Notes under the pieces: generated by a model
The model's input: only the letters and a program-made list of their open reading frames with translations
Database searches by the model: none
Told to the model about the DNA's origin: nothing
Assembly: GCA_038108555.1 (NCBI GenBank)
Contig: JAYNIA010000018.1
Coordinates: forward strand, 1 to 44,659
Direction of reading: 5' to 3'
DNA length: 44,659 nucleotides
Source of the DNA: Nitrospinota bacterium
GTDB taxonomy: Bacteria > Nitrospinota > Nitrospinia > Nitrospinales > VA-1
In this document: piece after piece, positions 1 to 9,904 of the stretch
Position numbering within the stretch: the first letter of the stretch is position 1
Layout of the letters: each line of letters begins with the position of its first letter
Program-made: the position numbers and the translations under genes

Positions 1-1187
1 GCTCCGGTAAGAAGGACAATATTTAAAGACAATGCAATGACCGCAATGGCACCGGACAATTTGTAATAAATAAGGATGAACACAATGACCAAAGCCCCGC
101 CAAAAATGATGGAGTTAATTCCCTTGTTGATAGAGTCCTGCCCCAGGGAAGGTCCCACCGTCCGGTTTTCCAGAATTACCACGGGAGCCGGCAAAGCCCC
201 TGCCCGTAAAACTATGGCCAGGTCACGTGCGTCTTCGGATGTGAACTGACCGGTTATCTGTGCCCGGCCACCGGGAATTGCATCTTGAATCACAGGAGCT
301 GAGTAGACATTATCATCCAAAACGATTGCCAGTCGTTTCCTTATATTCTCTCTCGTTACTTCATGAAAGATCATGGCCCCGACACTGTTAAAATTAAGCG
401 CTACATAGGGCTCATTGAAATCGCCATCAAACCGAACTTCTGCACCCGTCAACGTTTCCCCGGTCAACACGGTACGTTTCTTCAACAGGTAGGGTTCTTT
501 TGTAACTTCTCCGGTTTCTTTATTTTCTTTACGTGTGTAAAGAACTTCTGATTCTTCAGGAACTCTTCCAGACAAGGCTTCCTGCAGGCTGTTTTCTTCG
601 TCAACCAGTTTAAATTCCAACCTTGCGGTCTTTCCAATCAGGTTAATAGCCCGTTCAGGATCTTTCACTCCAGGAAGTTGAACCAGAATGCGTCTTTCAC
701 CCTGCACCTGAATCGTTGGTTCTGACACACCAAACTGGTCCACCCGGTTGCGGATGGTTTCCAGCCCCTGACTCACTGCATTCTGCTGGATTTGCTTTAC
801 CTGATCCTGATCCAATTCAAAGACAAGTCCCAATCCATCCGAGTCCTCCTCAACCATTTTGAAGAAGGGATAGCTCTCCATTACCTTTTTAACGGGCGGG
901 AGATCCAAAGTGTCCACCATGCGAATGTTGATTTGCAGGTTTTCAAAATTTGCTTTAATGCGGTCAACTTCTAAATCCTCTTCGCCGATAGCACGCTTGA
1001 TGTCATCTGCCAAACGCTCCAGACTGGCTTCGACCGCTTTCTCCACTTTAACCTCGAGAACCAGATGCATTCCACCCTGCAGGTCGAGGCCCAGGGCAAT
1101 CTTCTCCTTTAAAGGATAAGCCAATGCCACAGCCCCCAGGACAGTCACGAGGATTAAAAGGATTCTCCATTTAAGATTCTTGTACAT
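1..1187 (-). CDS. secD: Protein translocase subunit SecD (C-terminus runs off the left edge)
   Basis: Manual minus-strand translation from ATG at 1187: MYKNLKWRILLILVTVLGAVALAYPLKEKIALGLDLQGGMHLVLEV, later IRNRVDQFGVSEP and LAIVLRAGALPAP. Lies directly downstream of yajC. Missing from the ORF track because there is no stop in the window. Confidence 0.97.
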   Translation of the reverse strand, partial: MYKNLKWRILLILVTVLGAVALAYPLKEKIALGLDLQGGMHLVLEVKVEKAVEASLERLADDIKRAIGEEDLEVDRIKANFENLQINIRMVDTLDLPPVKKVMESYPFFKMVEEDSDGLGLVFELDQDQVKQIQQNAVSQGLETIRNRVDQFGVSEPTIQVQGERRILVQLPGVKDPERAINLIGKTARLEFKLVDEENSLQEALSGRVPEESEVLYTRKENKETGEVTKEPYLLKKRTVLTGETLTGAEVRFDGDFNEPYVALNFNSVGAMIFHEVTRENIRKRLAIVLDDNVYSAPVIQDAIPGGRAQITGQFTSEDARDLAIVLRAGALPAPVVILENRTVGPSLGQDSINKGINSIIFGGALVIVFILIYYKLSGAIAVIALSLNIVLLTG

Positions 1188-1202
1188 TCGGTCTTTCTTT
1201 AA

Positions 1203-1514
1203 TTATTTTTTATTTCCAATGGAGGAACGATTGACTTTTACCCGGACATTATCGGCAATCTGCAACATAACCGTATCATCTTTTATTTTCTTGATAGTTC
1301 CGTGAAAACCGCTCAACGTAACCACCTGATCTCCCTCTTTCAATTCGTCCAGCATCTTCCGGGCTTCCTGCTGCTTTTTCTGTTGCGGGCGAATCAATAT
1401 AAAATAGAAGATCAAAAACATCATGATCATCGGAGGCAGCAAAGCCAACAAACTACCACCCCCGGCTTCGCCTCCCTCAGGAGGAGGAGCCATTGCGAAA
1501 GCCAGTTCAAGCAT
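1203..1514 (-). CDS. yajC: Preprotein translocase subunit YajC
   Basis: FLIFYFILIRPQQKKQ and LKEGDQVVTLSGFHGTI motifs; adjacent to secD. Confidence 0.97.
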   Translation of the reverse strand: MLELAFAMAPPPEGGEAGGGSLLALLPPMIMMFLIFYFILIRPQQKKQQEARKMLDELKEGDQVVTLSGFHGTIKKIKDDTVMLQIADNVRVKVNRSSIGNKK

Positions 1515-1760
1515 AATGATTCCCTCTATTTAACACGATTTTGCCTCTCATATTTTCCGTAAAACGAAAAACCCTGAAAAGCTTCCCCGTTTTTTAATTC
1601 AAAGGTTTAGCTTCTATCAAATCCCAATCCATTTGTCAAACGCAGCCCACCGGTAAAAAATTGTCAGATTCTCCTCGTTCCGGTGTTGCCCGGTCATCTT
1701 TTTTATAACCCCAGGAGTATTTTTTAGAAATTAAAAAGAAGCAGGTTGTCTCCAGACACT

Positions 1761-2312
1761 CTAATAAAATTTATTTTGGACGTTGGCCTCATTGGTGAGT
1801 TCATAATAAAGAGAGTGGAACTCTTCCGTCGTCAATTTTGGGTCCCGTAACCGTTCCAAATCTTTTTCAGTAATTGGAATTTGTGATAATTCATCCCACG
1901 CAGATGTGGCAATGGCAGCATAATTTGGAGGATTGAGCGGACGAAGAACCAAAAGATCGACCCGATCATTATATTTCAGAGCCAGTTCAATGACAAAACG
2001 CGCGTCCTCAGCACTAACGGCACTGCCTATGGCAATATTCGTCGGTGGATGCCCTCCTTTTGGACGCCAGTATTGAACCGTATGCCCTAAAACTTTTAAC
2101 GATTTGGATTTTAAAAATTTTTTCAGTTCCCTTTTATTCTTTTTATGCTTATACGCCAGCCAGATTTCAATAGTACATATAGTGGTTTTTGAAGTATCGC
2201 AAGGAGGCTTGTAGTCCGGACCAGGAAATAAATATTTTTTCGAAACCGCTGAAGCCGTACCATTGAATAGAAAAACAACCAGCAAAGCACAAATCAATAC
2301 AAAACGTTTCAT
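1761..2312 (-). CDS. Hypothetical exported protein
   Basis: 183-aa ORF with signal peptide (MKRFVLICALLVVFLFNGTASA); family not recognised. Confidence 0.8.
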   Translation of the reverse strand: MKRFVLICALLVVFLFNGTASAVSKKYLFPGPDYKPPCDTSKTTICTIEIWLAYKHKKNKRELKKFLKSKSLKVLGHTVQYWRPKGGHPPTNIAIGSAVSAEDARFVIELALKYNDRVDLLVLRPLNPPNYAAIATSAWDELSQIPITEKDLERLRDPKLTTEEFHSLYYELTNEANVQNKFY

Positions 2313-2545
2313 CTTATTACTCTCTCCAAAATTTCAATTCTCTGAAAGAGAATTATTGTAATGCATTTATTCCTTGGATTGTAAGAAAAGCCTGAGCCAT
2401 TAATTATAAATAAACCCTTTTGAAAACAGCATAGTCCGACATACGGATATTTCAATGATTTTCTGGAATTCCGGCTAATCTAATTGCCGAAAATAGGTAT
2501 AATCAGGCGATTCAAAGATCGCCAAATGGAAGGCATGGGAAAATA

Positions 2546-3328
2546 ATGGATTTTGACTTGGTGGGGATGAAGGTTCTGATTGTTGAAGATATCCCAGACA
2601 ATGCAGAGCTGATCCATAAAATCTTAAAAAGGCTTGGACTCAAAATAACCATTGTCGGTACAGGCGAAGAAGCCCTGGAAAAAATTCCGGAATTTCAGCC
2701 AGATGTTATTCTCCTGGATGTTGGCCTTCCAGGAATAGACGGATTCGAAGTCTGCCAACGCCTCAAACAAGATCCCATTCATAAAGATATCCCCATTATA
2801 TTTCTAACGGCCTTCTCCGAGTCCTCAGATATTTCCAAAGGATTCCAATTAGGGGGAATTGATTACATCACCAAACCCTTTCGCAAAGAAGAGGTATTCA
2901 TTCGCATCACCAACCAGTTGAGGTTGATTAGCGACCACAGGAAATTACTCGGAAAAAATTTCTCTTTTAAAACGATTCTGGAAACCATCCCCGATCTGGT
3001 TTTCCAATTGGATCCGGACAGGAAAATAACATTCGCCAGTTCGACCTTTGAAACACTGGGCTATACCCCCGAAGAGCTCGAAGGCCAGGTCATCGAAGAT
3101 CTGGTAGCAGAGAATGACAAGGAAATTCTGGTCTCTCAAATATCAGGAAGAGAAGTCGAATCATTAATCATCCGCGATATCAAAACCCACTTTATTTCTA
3201 AAAAAGATTCGAGCGAAAAAATGTTTTCACTCGATGTATTTGGAATCTGGGATATTCCTCCTGATGCGGTTTTTGAAAGCGACTCCAAAAAAAATTTCCT
3301 AGGGACCCTTTGCATCGGTAAAAACTGA
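2546..3328 (+). CDS. Response regulator, REC + PAS domain
   Basis: VLIVED, ILLDVGLPGIDG, DYITKPF receiver motifs; PAS-like segment ILETIPDLVFQLDPDRKITFAS...LGYTPEELEG. Confidence 0.88.
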   Translation: MDFDLVGMKVLIVEDIPDNAELIHKILKRLGLKITIVGTGEEALEKIPEFQPDVILLDVGLPGIDGFEVCQRLKQDPIHKDIPIIFLTAFSESSDISKGFQLGGIDYITKPFRKEEVFIRITNQLRLISDHRKLLGKNFSFKTILETIPDLVFQLDPDRKITFASSTFETLGYTPEELEGQVIEDLVAENDKEILVSQISGREVESLIIRDIKTHFISKKDSSEKMFSLDVFGIWDIPPDAVFESDSKKNFLGTLCIGKN

Positions 3329-3420
3329 ACGACCCATCTTATCACCTCAAATGCCCGCCCTCACCGATTAACAAATTAACTGCCGGTTTTAAAATCTATT
3401 AAAATTTTTACCCATTAGGC

Positions 3421-3447
3421 TAAAGTTTAAAAGTTTTCCTCCGATAC
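3421..3447 (+). promoter_or_regulatory. Sigma28 (FliA)-type promoter
   Basis: TAAAGTTT-N11-TCCGATAC vs consensus TAAAGTTT-N11-GCCGATAA, ~40 nt upstream of the yjfB-like ORF. Confidence 0.75.
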
Positions 3448-3485
3448 GGTCTTTAAGGATAACTTTAACCCGAGGAAATTTCAGT

Positions 3486-3668
3486 ATGTCACCCGTTAGC
3501 AGTTCAAGTGCCACGCAAGGTTTAAGCCCGCAATATCAAATTGCAGCTTTAAAGACAGCACAAGACACTCAAAAGCAAGAGGGTGAAGCCGCTGTGAATC
3601 TCATCCAAGAGGCGATTCAGGCGACTGAACATGCGATCACCGGGAATAACATAGATGTAACAGCCTAA
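3486..3668 (+). CDS. YjfB-family putative motility protein
   Basis: 60 aa with the pattern 'IAALKTAQDTQKQEGEAAVNLI...GNNIDVTA'; GAGG RBS; sigma28 promoter upstream. Confidence 0.75.
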   Translation: MSPVSSSSATQGLSPQYQIAALKTAQDTQKQEGEAAVNLIQEAIQATEHAITGNNIDVTA

Positions 3669-3695
3669 TATTTTCGATCAGGCCCTGACCTGGGA

Positions 3696-4244
3696 CTATC
3701 GTTTTTGCAAAGCCTTTATTATTTCATCCCGTCTGTCCTTTGACAGGCGGGATGTTTTATTTTGGGCAATAAAATTTTTCAAGCCACCCAACCCCATCAC
3801 ATTTTCCCCAAAATCACCTTTCAATTTTCCACTTGGAAATACGACAACAGAAATAAAAGGGGTAGGCCCAATCACTTTTTCCAATGCATTCACATGCTTG
3901 CGATTTTCCCAAAGTGGATTAAAAATTAGATCCTTCTGTCTTCCTGATTTCACTTCCCATTCCCTGTCCCCTTCCCGTCCTAAAATTTTCCCACGGTTCC
4001 TTTTTACGGTAATCACAAAAACCCCATACGGTGAAATCAAAACATTTCCAAGATCGAACATTCCCCGGTCCCCCGGCACCACCACATCAGTAACAATGTC
4101 ATAGTCCGAACCCAACTCTTTCAACACATTCATGACTGCCTGGGGATCTGCATTGGCTTTGTCCCGGTTTTTTCGAATAAACATCACAACCAACGCGACA
4201 AAAATGGCAAGGGAAAGAAAAATTGTTATCCCGTTTTCAGACAT
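3696..4244 (-). CDS. NERD (nuclease-related domain) membrane-anchored protein
   Basis: N-terminal TM helix; ISPYGVFVITVK and NPLWENRKHVNAL are NERD-like, though degenerate. Confidence 0.75.
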   Translation of the reverse strand: MSENGITIFLSLAIFVALVVMFIRKNRDKANADPQAVMNVLKELGSDYDIVTDVVVPGDRGMFDLGNVLISPYGVFVITVKRNRGKILGREGDREWEVKSGRQKDLIFNPLWENRKHVNALEKVIGPTPFISVVVFPSGKLKGDFGENVMGLGGLKNFIAQNKTSRLSKDRRDEIIKALQKR

Positions 4245-4255
4245 ATTGGAAATTA

Positions 4256-5917
4256 TTAGCGGGCAAAGGGATCGGGAGGTTCAAAGCCACCTGACGACTC
4301 GGAAGAAGTTAAACCTGTTTTTTCCACTTCAGACTCGGGTTTATCGAACTTCAGTTTTATTTTTGATGCTACCGGAAAAAACAGGGGGGAGGATAATGAC
4401 TTCAATTGTTTTTTTCTAAATTGGTTTAAGTTGTTTAATGTCAGGGCACCTCGTTCGGGAAGGTCTTCTTTGACAGATTCTGCCGCACGTTGACCGAACA
4501 CAAGAATATCCAGCAGCGAATTTCCCATAAGACGGTTTTTTCCATGCAATCCTCCGGTTACCTCGCCACAGGCCCACAAACCCTTCACTTCAGTTTTGCA
4601 TTTGGAGTCGATAACAATTCCACCATTCTGGTAATGCAGGGTCGGGTAAATCAGAATCGGTGTTTTGATGGGATCTATTTTGTAACGCTCAAACCGATGA
4701 ATCAGTCCCGGGAACTGTTCCTTCAGGGTACCTTCTCCATTTTTAATATCTATCATGGGAGTGTCGAGCCAAACCCCCAATTTTCCTGTAGGAGTTTTAA
4801 CCCCTCGGCCTTCCCGGGTTTCTCGGATGATCGCCCCCGCCAAAACATCGCGATAGGCCATCTCGTTAATAAAATGAACCCCCTCAGCATTGACCACTTG
4901 TGCCCCTGCGGAACGGATGGCCTCGGTCACCAATTGACCTGCCAAAGCTTCTGGATAGCAAGCACCGGAAGGATGATATTGATAGCTATCCAAAAATATC
5001 AGACGGCACCCCTGTCGATAAGCCAAAACCAGTCCATCCCCTGTCGCCCCAACATGATTGCTGGTCGGGTATCCCTGCAAACGTAACTGTCCGCTTCCTC
5101 CCGTTGCAAGTATCACCGCCCGCGCCGAAACATTAACCAGACATCCTTTCTTTCGGTCATGCAAAACCGCGCCGGCGACCTTTGAGTTGCCATCATCTAA
5201 AAGTTCTACCGCAGAATGTTCTTCCAGAATATTTGTGGAACTCAATCTCACCGCATCTTTCAAAACCCGCATGATTTCCAAACCGGTGTAATCGCGGCAG
5301 GCCAACACACGCGGAACAGAGGTTCCTCCGCCTCCCCTTAATCGAAAGGTGCCATCTGGGTTTCGGTCGAATAAACATCCGAGTTGGCTGAGCCATTGAA
5401 TTCTTTCCGGTCCGCTTTCACAAAGGATGCGTAAAAGTTCAGTTGTATTCTCCCCATGGCCGCCGACCAGTGCGTCTGCAAAATGCCTCCTTGGAGAATC
5501 GTTTTCTGCCAATGCCGCTTGAATTCCCCCTTCCGCCATTACCGTATTGGAATCACCCAAACGCAGTTTTGTTGCGAGATGGGTTGTTAACCCCGAGCCC
5601 TCTAATGCCAGGGCAGCTGCAGCTCCTGCACCTCCTCCACCAATGATCAGCACATCGGTTTCTATATCAGTTTGTGTTGAATGTGAGCCTGGCAGTGGGC
5701 TGTCTGCTTCCAGTAAATCTGCAAGCTCTAAAGGGAATTTTTGTTGTCCGGCATTAGGACCGACTGCTACAGTTCGTTCTTTTCCAGAGTAGTCAGGATG
5801 AAAATTCTTCAAAAGGTCTTGGGATTCCTTTTCATCCAGAACAGGTGCGTGATTTTTCAGACGCGATTCGCGGGAGCTTTCCAATTTTTCCAGAGATTCT
5901 TTTGCCCAATCCATCAT
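4256..5917 (-). CDS. Fumarate reductase/succinate dehydrogenase-family flavoprotein subunit
   Basis: IGGGGAG FAD motif, SNTVMAEGGI, QYHPSG, TEAIR, RD, HYQNGG, HGKNRLMGNSL. Confidence 0.92.
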   Translation of the reverse strand: MMDWAKESLEKLESSRESRLKNHAPVLDEKESQDLLKNFHPDYSGKERTVAVGPNAGQQKFPLELADLLEADSPLPGSHSTQTDIETDVLIIGGGGAGAAAALALEGSGLTTHLATKLRLGDSNTVMAEGGIQAALAENDSPRRHFADALVGGHGENTTELLRILCESGPERIQWLSQLGCLFDRNPDGTFRLRGGGGTSVPRVLACRDYTGLEIMRVLKDAVRLSSTNILEEHSAVELLDDGNSKVAGAVLHDRKKGCLVNVSARAVILATGGSGQLRLQGYPTSNHVGATGDGLVLAYRQGCRLIFLDSYQYHPSGACYPEALAGQLVTEAIRSAGAQVVNAEGVHFINEMAYRDVLAGAIIRETREGRGVKTPTGKLGVWLDTPMIDIKNGEGTLKEQFPGLIHRFERYKIDPIKTPILIYPTLHYQNGGIVIDSKCKTEVKGLWACGEVTGGLHGKNRLMGNSLLDILVFGQRAAESVKEDLPERGALTLNNLNQFRKKQLKSLSSPLFFPVASKIKLKFDKPESEVEKTGLTSSESSGGFEPPDPFAR

Positions 5918-6570
5918 TCAGGAAGACCTCCTGCGCTACGAAACATTTTTGCCCGTTCCATTCTCTCCTGCTTGTCGCCTGCGAGGAGATATTCCCATTC
6001 CCTTTCAATCTGATCCTTATCATGGGCAGAAATCTCCGGTTTCTCCTGACTTTGTCCCAGGGAACGACGGATCCAAAGTCCCATATTATGAGGTTTGACT
6101 TTATCCTCACAAACAAATCGGCAAAGTCCGCAATGAATGCAAGTGGTGAAGTCTTCTGCAACTTCTTCAAAATTTCCCTGCTGCATGCGCATGACAGAGT
6201 CCATCACAGGAATGGACATGGGACAAGCGGTCGTGCAACTACCACACTTCGTGCATCGGTTGACCGTTGGAAAAACCGATTGCAACGTCAAAGCATCTGC
6301 ATTGGCGACCGGTTCAACTGCTTTGTCGGTTTCTACGGGACAAGGAAATATTTCCATCCCTGCCTCAACCGGTTTCATACAGGCCAGTTCCGTCCCTCCG
6401 GGTTTTCCGTCTGCATAACGAACCGTAACCGTGCAGGCACCGCAAACGCCACCGGCGCAACCTGTTTGCACAGACTCCGCCATTCCTGCGGCCCAAAGTG
6501 CCTGGACAATGGTTTCCCCTTCCTGAGCGGATATGGGCTCTCCTGCAATTTTTATTTCAATGTTTTTCAT
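5914..6570 (-). CDS. Fe-S subunit (2Fe-2S + 2x4Fe-4S) partnering the flavoprotein
   Basis: CAGGVCGAC...[24 protein letters not shown]; 4-bp overlap with the flavoprotein gene. Confidence 0.9.
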   Translation of the reverse strand: MKNIEIKIAGEPISAQEGETIVQALWAAGMAESVQTGCAGGVCGACTVTVRYADGKPGGTELACMKPVEAGMEIFPCPVETDKAVEPVANADALTLQSVFPTVNRCTKCGSCTTACPMSIPVMDSVMRMQQGNFEEVAEDFTTCIHCGLCRFVCEDKVKPHNMGLWIRRSLGQSQEKPEISAHDKDQIEREWEYLLAGDKQERMERAKMFRSAGGLPE

Positions 6571-6637
6571 ACTTTCAAATTATGTTAGATTAAGCCGTAG
6601 TTCGCAACTCAAACGCAACAAAAGGATTAAAAGTAAC

Positions 6638-7393
6638 ATGTCAGGTCATTCCAAGTGGGCAAGTATAAAACATAAAAAGGGCGCTTTGGACGCCAAGCGC
6701 GGAAAAATTTTCACCAAGATCATCAAAGAAATCACCGTGGCAGCCCGACTGGGCGGTGGTGATCCGGATGGGAACCCACGACTGCGAACCGCTATCATGT
6801 CTGCGAAGAGCCAAAATATGCCTCAGGACAATATCACCCGCGCCATTAAAAAAGGCACCGGGGAGTTGGAAGGCGTCCAATACGAAGAAGTCACTTACGA
6901 AGGCTACGGTCCCGGTGGTGCTGCTATTTTTCTGGAAGCAATGACCGATAACAAAAACCGTACGGTGAGTGAAATCCGCGCCGCCCTGGGTAAAGCCGGC
7001 GGCAACCTGGGTGAGAACGGATGCGTCAGCTGGATCTTTGAACAAAAGGGATTGATTCGGGTTAAAACCGAATCCAAAGATGAAGATGAACTCATGGAAC
7101 TCGCCATCGACGCCGGTGCTGATGATATGCAGACGTTGGACGACTTTTACGAAATCACCACAGCTGTTGAAAGCTTTGAAGAGGTAAGAAAAGCATTGGA
7201 AGATGCAGGTATCCCCATGGAAAGTGCTGAAGTAACCCGCATTCCCGGAAACACAGTTTCTGTGGATGAGAAGAAAGGCAAGGCACTATTGAAATTGATG
7301 GATATTCTTGACGACCACGACGATATTCAAAAAGCTTATTCAAACTTCGACATCCCGGATGATGTCATGAACGCCATCCTCGAAGGAAATTAA
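6638..7393 (+). CDS. yebC: YebC/PmpR family regulator
   Basis: [15 protein letters not shown] start (ATG 6638), [15 protein letters not shown]; upstream of ruvCAB. Confidence 0.97.
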   Translation: MSGHSKWASIKHKKGALDAKRGKIFTKIIKEITVAARLGGGDPDGNPRLRTAIMSAKSQNMPQDNITRAIKKGTGELEGVQYEEVTYEGYGPGGAAIFLEAMTDNKNRTVSEIRAALGKAGGNLGENGCVSWIFEQKGLIRVKTESKDEDELMELAIDAGADDMQTLDDFYEITTAVESFEEVRKALEDAGIPMESAEVTRIPGNTVSVDEKKGKALLKLMDILDDHDDIQKAYSNFDIPDDVMNAILEGN

Positions 7394-7441
7394 AACTCCG
7401 GTTTGCATTTGCAAATCGGCCCAACCCCAAGGTTACCACCA

Positions 7442-7936
7442 ATGCGTGTGATGGGAATCGACCCAGGAAGCAATTGCACCGGATTCGGCATTGTCGAAGA
7501 GGTGAAAGGCAATTTACATGCGGTCCATTGGAGCAGCGTGCGAAACTCTTCCAAAGATGCGTTTCCTAACCGTCTCAAACGGATTTATGAAGAGTTGACT
7601 CTGGCTATGGAAAAATTTTCTCCTGATGTGGTCGCCGTGGAGGACCTGTTCTACGCAACCAATGTCAAAACCGTCATCAAGCTGGGACAAACCAGGGGAG
7701 TTGCCATTCTTGCGGCTGTGAATCGTGGACTCCCTGTTGCAGAATACAGTCCACTTGAAATCAAGCAGTCGGTAGTGGGATATGGCCGTGCAGACAAAAA
7801 CCAGGTACAAACCATGGTCACTACCCTATTACGGCTCAAAGAAAAACCCGATCCGTTCGATTCTTCCGATGCATTGGCCGCAGCCATTTGCCATATTCAT
7901 CACGACGGACTGCAACAGAAAATCAAACAGGGATGA
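7442..7936 (+). CDS. ruvC: Crossover junction endodeoxyribonuclease RuvC
   Basis: MRVMGIDPG, VAVEDLFY, KLGQTRG, DSSDALAAAICH. Confidence 0.97.
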   Translation: MRVMGIDPGSNCTGFGIVEEVKGNLHAVHWSSVRNSSKDAFPNRLKRIYEELTLAMEKFSPDVVAVEDLFYATNVKTVIKLGQTRGVAILAAVNRGLPVAEYSPLEIKQSVVGYGRADKNQVQTMVTTLLRLKEKPDPFDSSDALAAAICHIHHDGLQQKIKQG

Positions 7937-8526
7937 TCGCCCACCTAAAAGGTCCATTAACATACAAATCCCCCGACCATTGCATTGTCGATGTAAATGG
8001 TGTCGGCTATAAAGTCTTCACACCGCTTTCGACTTACTACGCCTTACCCAAACCGGGAGAAACCGTATCACTGAGAATTTATACCCGTGTCCGCGAAGAC
8101 GAATTAAAATTGTTTGGATTTCTTACGGAAGAAGAACAGGCGATTTTTGAAAAATTGATCACCATCAATAAGGTAGGACCCAAACTGGCACTTGGCATCC
8201 TTTCCGGAATGTCGCCTTCTGACTTGCTTGCTGCGGTAATGAATAATGACGCAGCGCGATTGAGCGCCATTCCCGGAGTTGGAAAGAAAACGGCTGAGAG
8301 ATTAGCGCTGGAAATGAAAGACAAACTTTCCGATCTGGCATTGGAAATGGAGCATCAACCGGATGCTGAAGCGCCCGGAGGATATTATGAAGATGCATTG
8401 TCCGCACTGCTCAATCTGGGTTATAAAAAACCGCAGGCGGAAAAAGCATTGAAAACCGCTTATAATGAAAACGGCAAAGAAAGCTCCCTTGAAGATTTGA
8501 TCAAGGAAAGTTTGAATAATTTGTAA
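7933..8526 (+). CDS. ruvA: Holliday junction branch migration protein RuvA
   Basis: MIAHLKG, DVNGVGY, VREDELKLFGF, VGPKLAL, IPGVGKKTAERL; ATGA overlap with ruvC. Confidence 0.97.
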   Translation: MIAHLKGPLTYKSPDHCIVDVNGVGYKVFTPLSTYYALPKPGETVSLRIYTRVREDELKLFGFLTEEEQAIFEKLITINKVGPKLALGILSGMSPSDLLAAVMNNDAARLSAIPGVGKKTAERLALEMKDKLSDLALEMEHQPDAEAPGGYYEDALSALLNLGYKKPQAEKALKTAYNENGKESSLEDLIKESLNNL

Positions 8527-8574
8527 AACCCAATATTTGTTTTGAGAAAAAATTTAGAATAATTTTAATAATCA

Positions 8575-8656
8575 CCCTCACCCCAACCCTCTCCCCTCAA
8601 GGGAGAGGGAGCCAAAGTCCCTTCTCCCCTGGAGGGAGAAGAATAGGATGAGGGGG
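8575..8656. repeat. REP/BoxC-like palindromic doublet between ruvA and ruvB
   Basis: ccctcaccccaa-[ccctctccc ctcaa gggagaggg]-spacer-[cttctccc ctgga gggagaag]-aataggatgagggg; two hairpins plus complementary outer tails. Confidence 0.8.
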
Positions 8657-8671
8657 AAAAGAATAAATCCT

Positions 8672-9697
8672 ATGGAAGAAGACAGACTGATCGATTCGGA
8701 AATGAGCGGTGAAGAGGTTCAGTTCGACAACAAACTGCGACCCAACCAACTCAAGGAATACATTGGTCAGGAAAAAGTAAAAGAAAACCTGGAGGTTTTC
8801 ATCTCAGCCGCAAAAATGAGAAATGAGTCTTTAGACCACGTCCTTTTCTATGGGCCTCCCGGCCTTGGCAAAACCACCCTCGCAAATATCATTGCTGAGG
8901 AAATGGGAGCCAATATCAAAAGCACTTCAGGTCCGGTGATCGAAAAATGCGGCGATCTTGCTGCTCTGCTGACAAATTTAAAACACGGCGATGTGTTGTT
9001 CATTGATGAAATTCACCGGCTCTCCAACGTCATTGAAGAAATTCTGTATTCCGCCATGGAAGACTATAAGTTGGATATCATGATCGGCCAGGGTCCAAGC
9101 GCGCGTTCCATCAAACTCGATCTGCCTCCCTTCACTTTGGTCGGAGCGACAACGAGGGCGGGACTCCTCACCTCACCTCTTAGAGACCGTTTTGGAGTAG
9201 TGCATCGACTCGATTATTACAATGAAAAGGAATTGGAGACCATACTCACCCGTTCCGCATTCATTTTGGAAATATCCATTGTTCCCGATGGGGCCAATGA
9301 AATCGCACGCCGCTCACGAGGCACTCCAAGAATTGCGAATCGCCTTTTAAGACGTGTGCGCGACTACGCCCAGGTCAAGGCAGACGGAGTCATCAACCGC
9401 GATGTTGCCAGTAACGCACTGGAAATGATGGAAGTCGATGATAAGGGTTTGGATAAAATGGACCACAAACTGTTATTGGCGATGATCGAGAAATATTCCG
9501 GTGGACCGGTAGGCATTGAAAGTCTCGCCGCTTCCATCAGCGAAGAGAAAGACACCATCGAAGATGTTCTGGAACCTTATTTGATCCAGACCGGATTCAT
9601 CCAGCGCACACCCCGGGGCCGGGTAGCAACTCCCATGGCCTACGAGCATTTCAAAAAAATTCCCCCCAGCCAGGGCCAGCAGGAAAAATTGTTCTAG
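8672..9697 (+). CDS. ruvB: Holliday junction branch migration helicase RuvB
   Basis: [47 protein letters not shown]; start at 8672 preferred. Confidence 0.98.
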   Translation: MEEDRLIDSEMSGEEVQFDNKLRPNQLKEYIGQEKVKENLEVFISAAKMRNESLDHVLFYGPPGLGKTTLANIIAEEMGANIKSTSGPVIEKCGDLAALLTNLKHGDVLFIDEIHRLSNVIEEILYSAMEDYKLDIMIGQGPSARSIKLDLPPFTLVGATTRAGLLTSPLRDRFGVVHRLDYYNEKELETILTRSAFILEISIVPDGANEIARRSRGTPRIANRLLRRVRDYAQVKADGVINRDVASNALEMMEVDDKGLDKMDHKLLLAMIEKYSGGPVGIESLAASISEEKDTIEDVLEPYLIQTGFIQRTPRGRVATPMAYEHFKKIPPSQGQQEKLF

Positions 9698-9719
9698 CAG
9701 GCTTCGGTTGATTACCTGA

Positions 9720-9841
9720 AGTAGGTTTTATCCCCCCTGATAAGGGGGGACATAGGGGGGTTCCAAATCTCTAAATTCAACCCCAAAAACAACCCCCTCA
9801 TTCCCCCTTAACAGGGGGAGGATTATTGACAACCCCCTCCA
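9720..9841. repeat. Direct repeat copy 1 (REPIN-like inverted hairpin doublet)
   Basis: agtaggttttatcccccctgataaggggggacataggggggttccaaatctctaaattcaaccccaaaaacaaccccctcattcccccttaacagggggaggattattgacaaccccctcca; recurs at 11254-11378. Confidence 0.95.
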
Positions 9842-9844
9842 ACA

Positions 9845-9873
9845 TTCCAAATATTTTGGATTACTGATATAAT
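9845..9873 (+). promoter_or_regulatory. Sigma70 promoter of the cassette
   Basis: TTCCAA-17 nt-TATAAT with extended -10 TGn, ~30 nt before ATG 9905. Confidence 0.65.
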
Positions 9874-9904
9874 TTAGTACATCCTTAACTTAGGTGAGAA
9901 ACCA

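Noticed and set aside
363..1119. Plus-strand short ORFs (363, 792, 910)
   Set aside because: Antisense shadows of secD
4490..6588. Long plus-strand ORFs 4490-5086 and 5845-6588
   Set aside because: Antisense to the well-supported flavoprotein and Fe-S genes; no recognisable motifs
8648..8671. Upstream ATG for ruvB
   Set aside because: Lies inside the palindromic repeat tail; ATG 8672 gives a normal RuvB N-terminus
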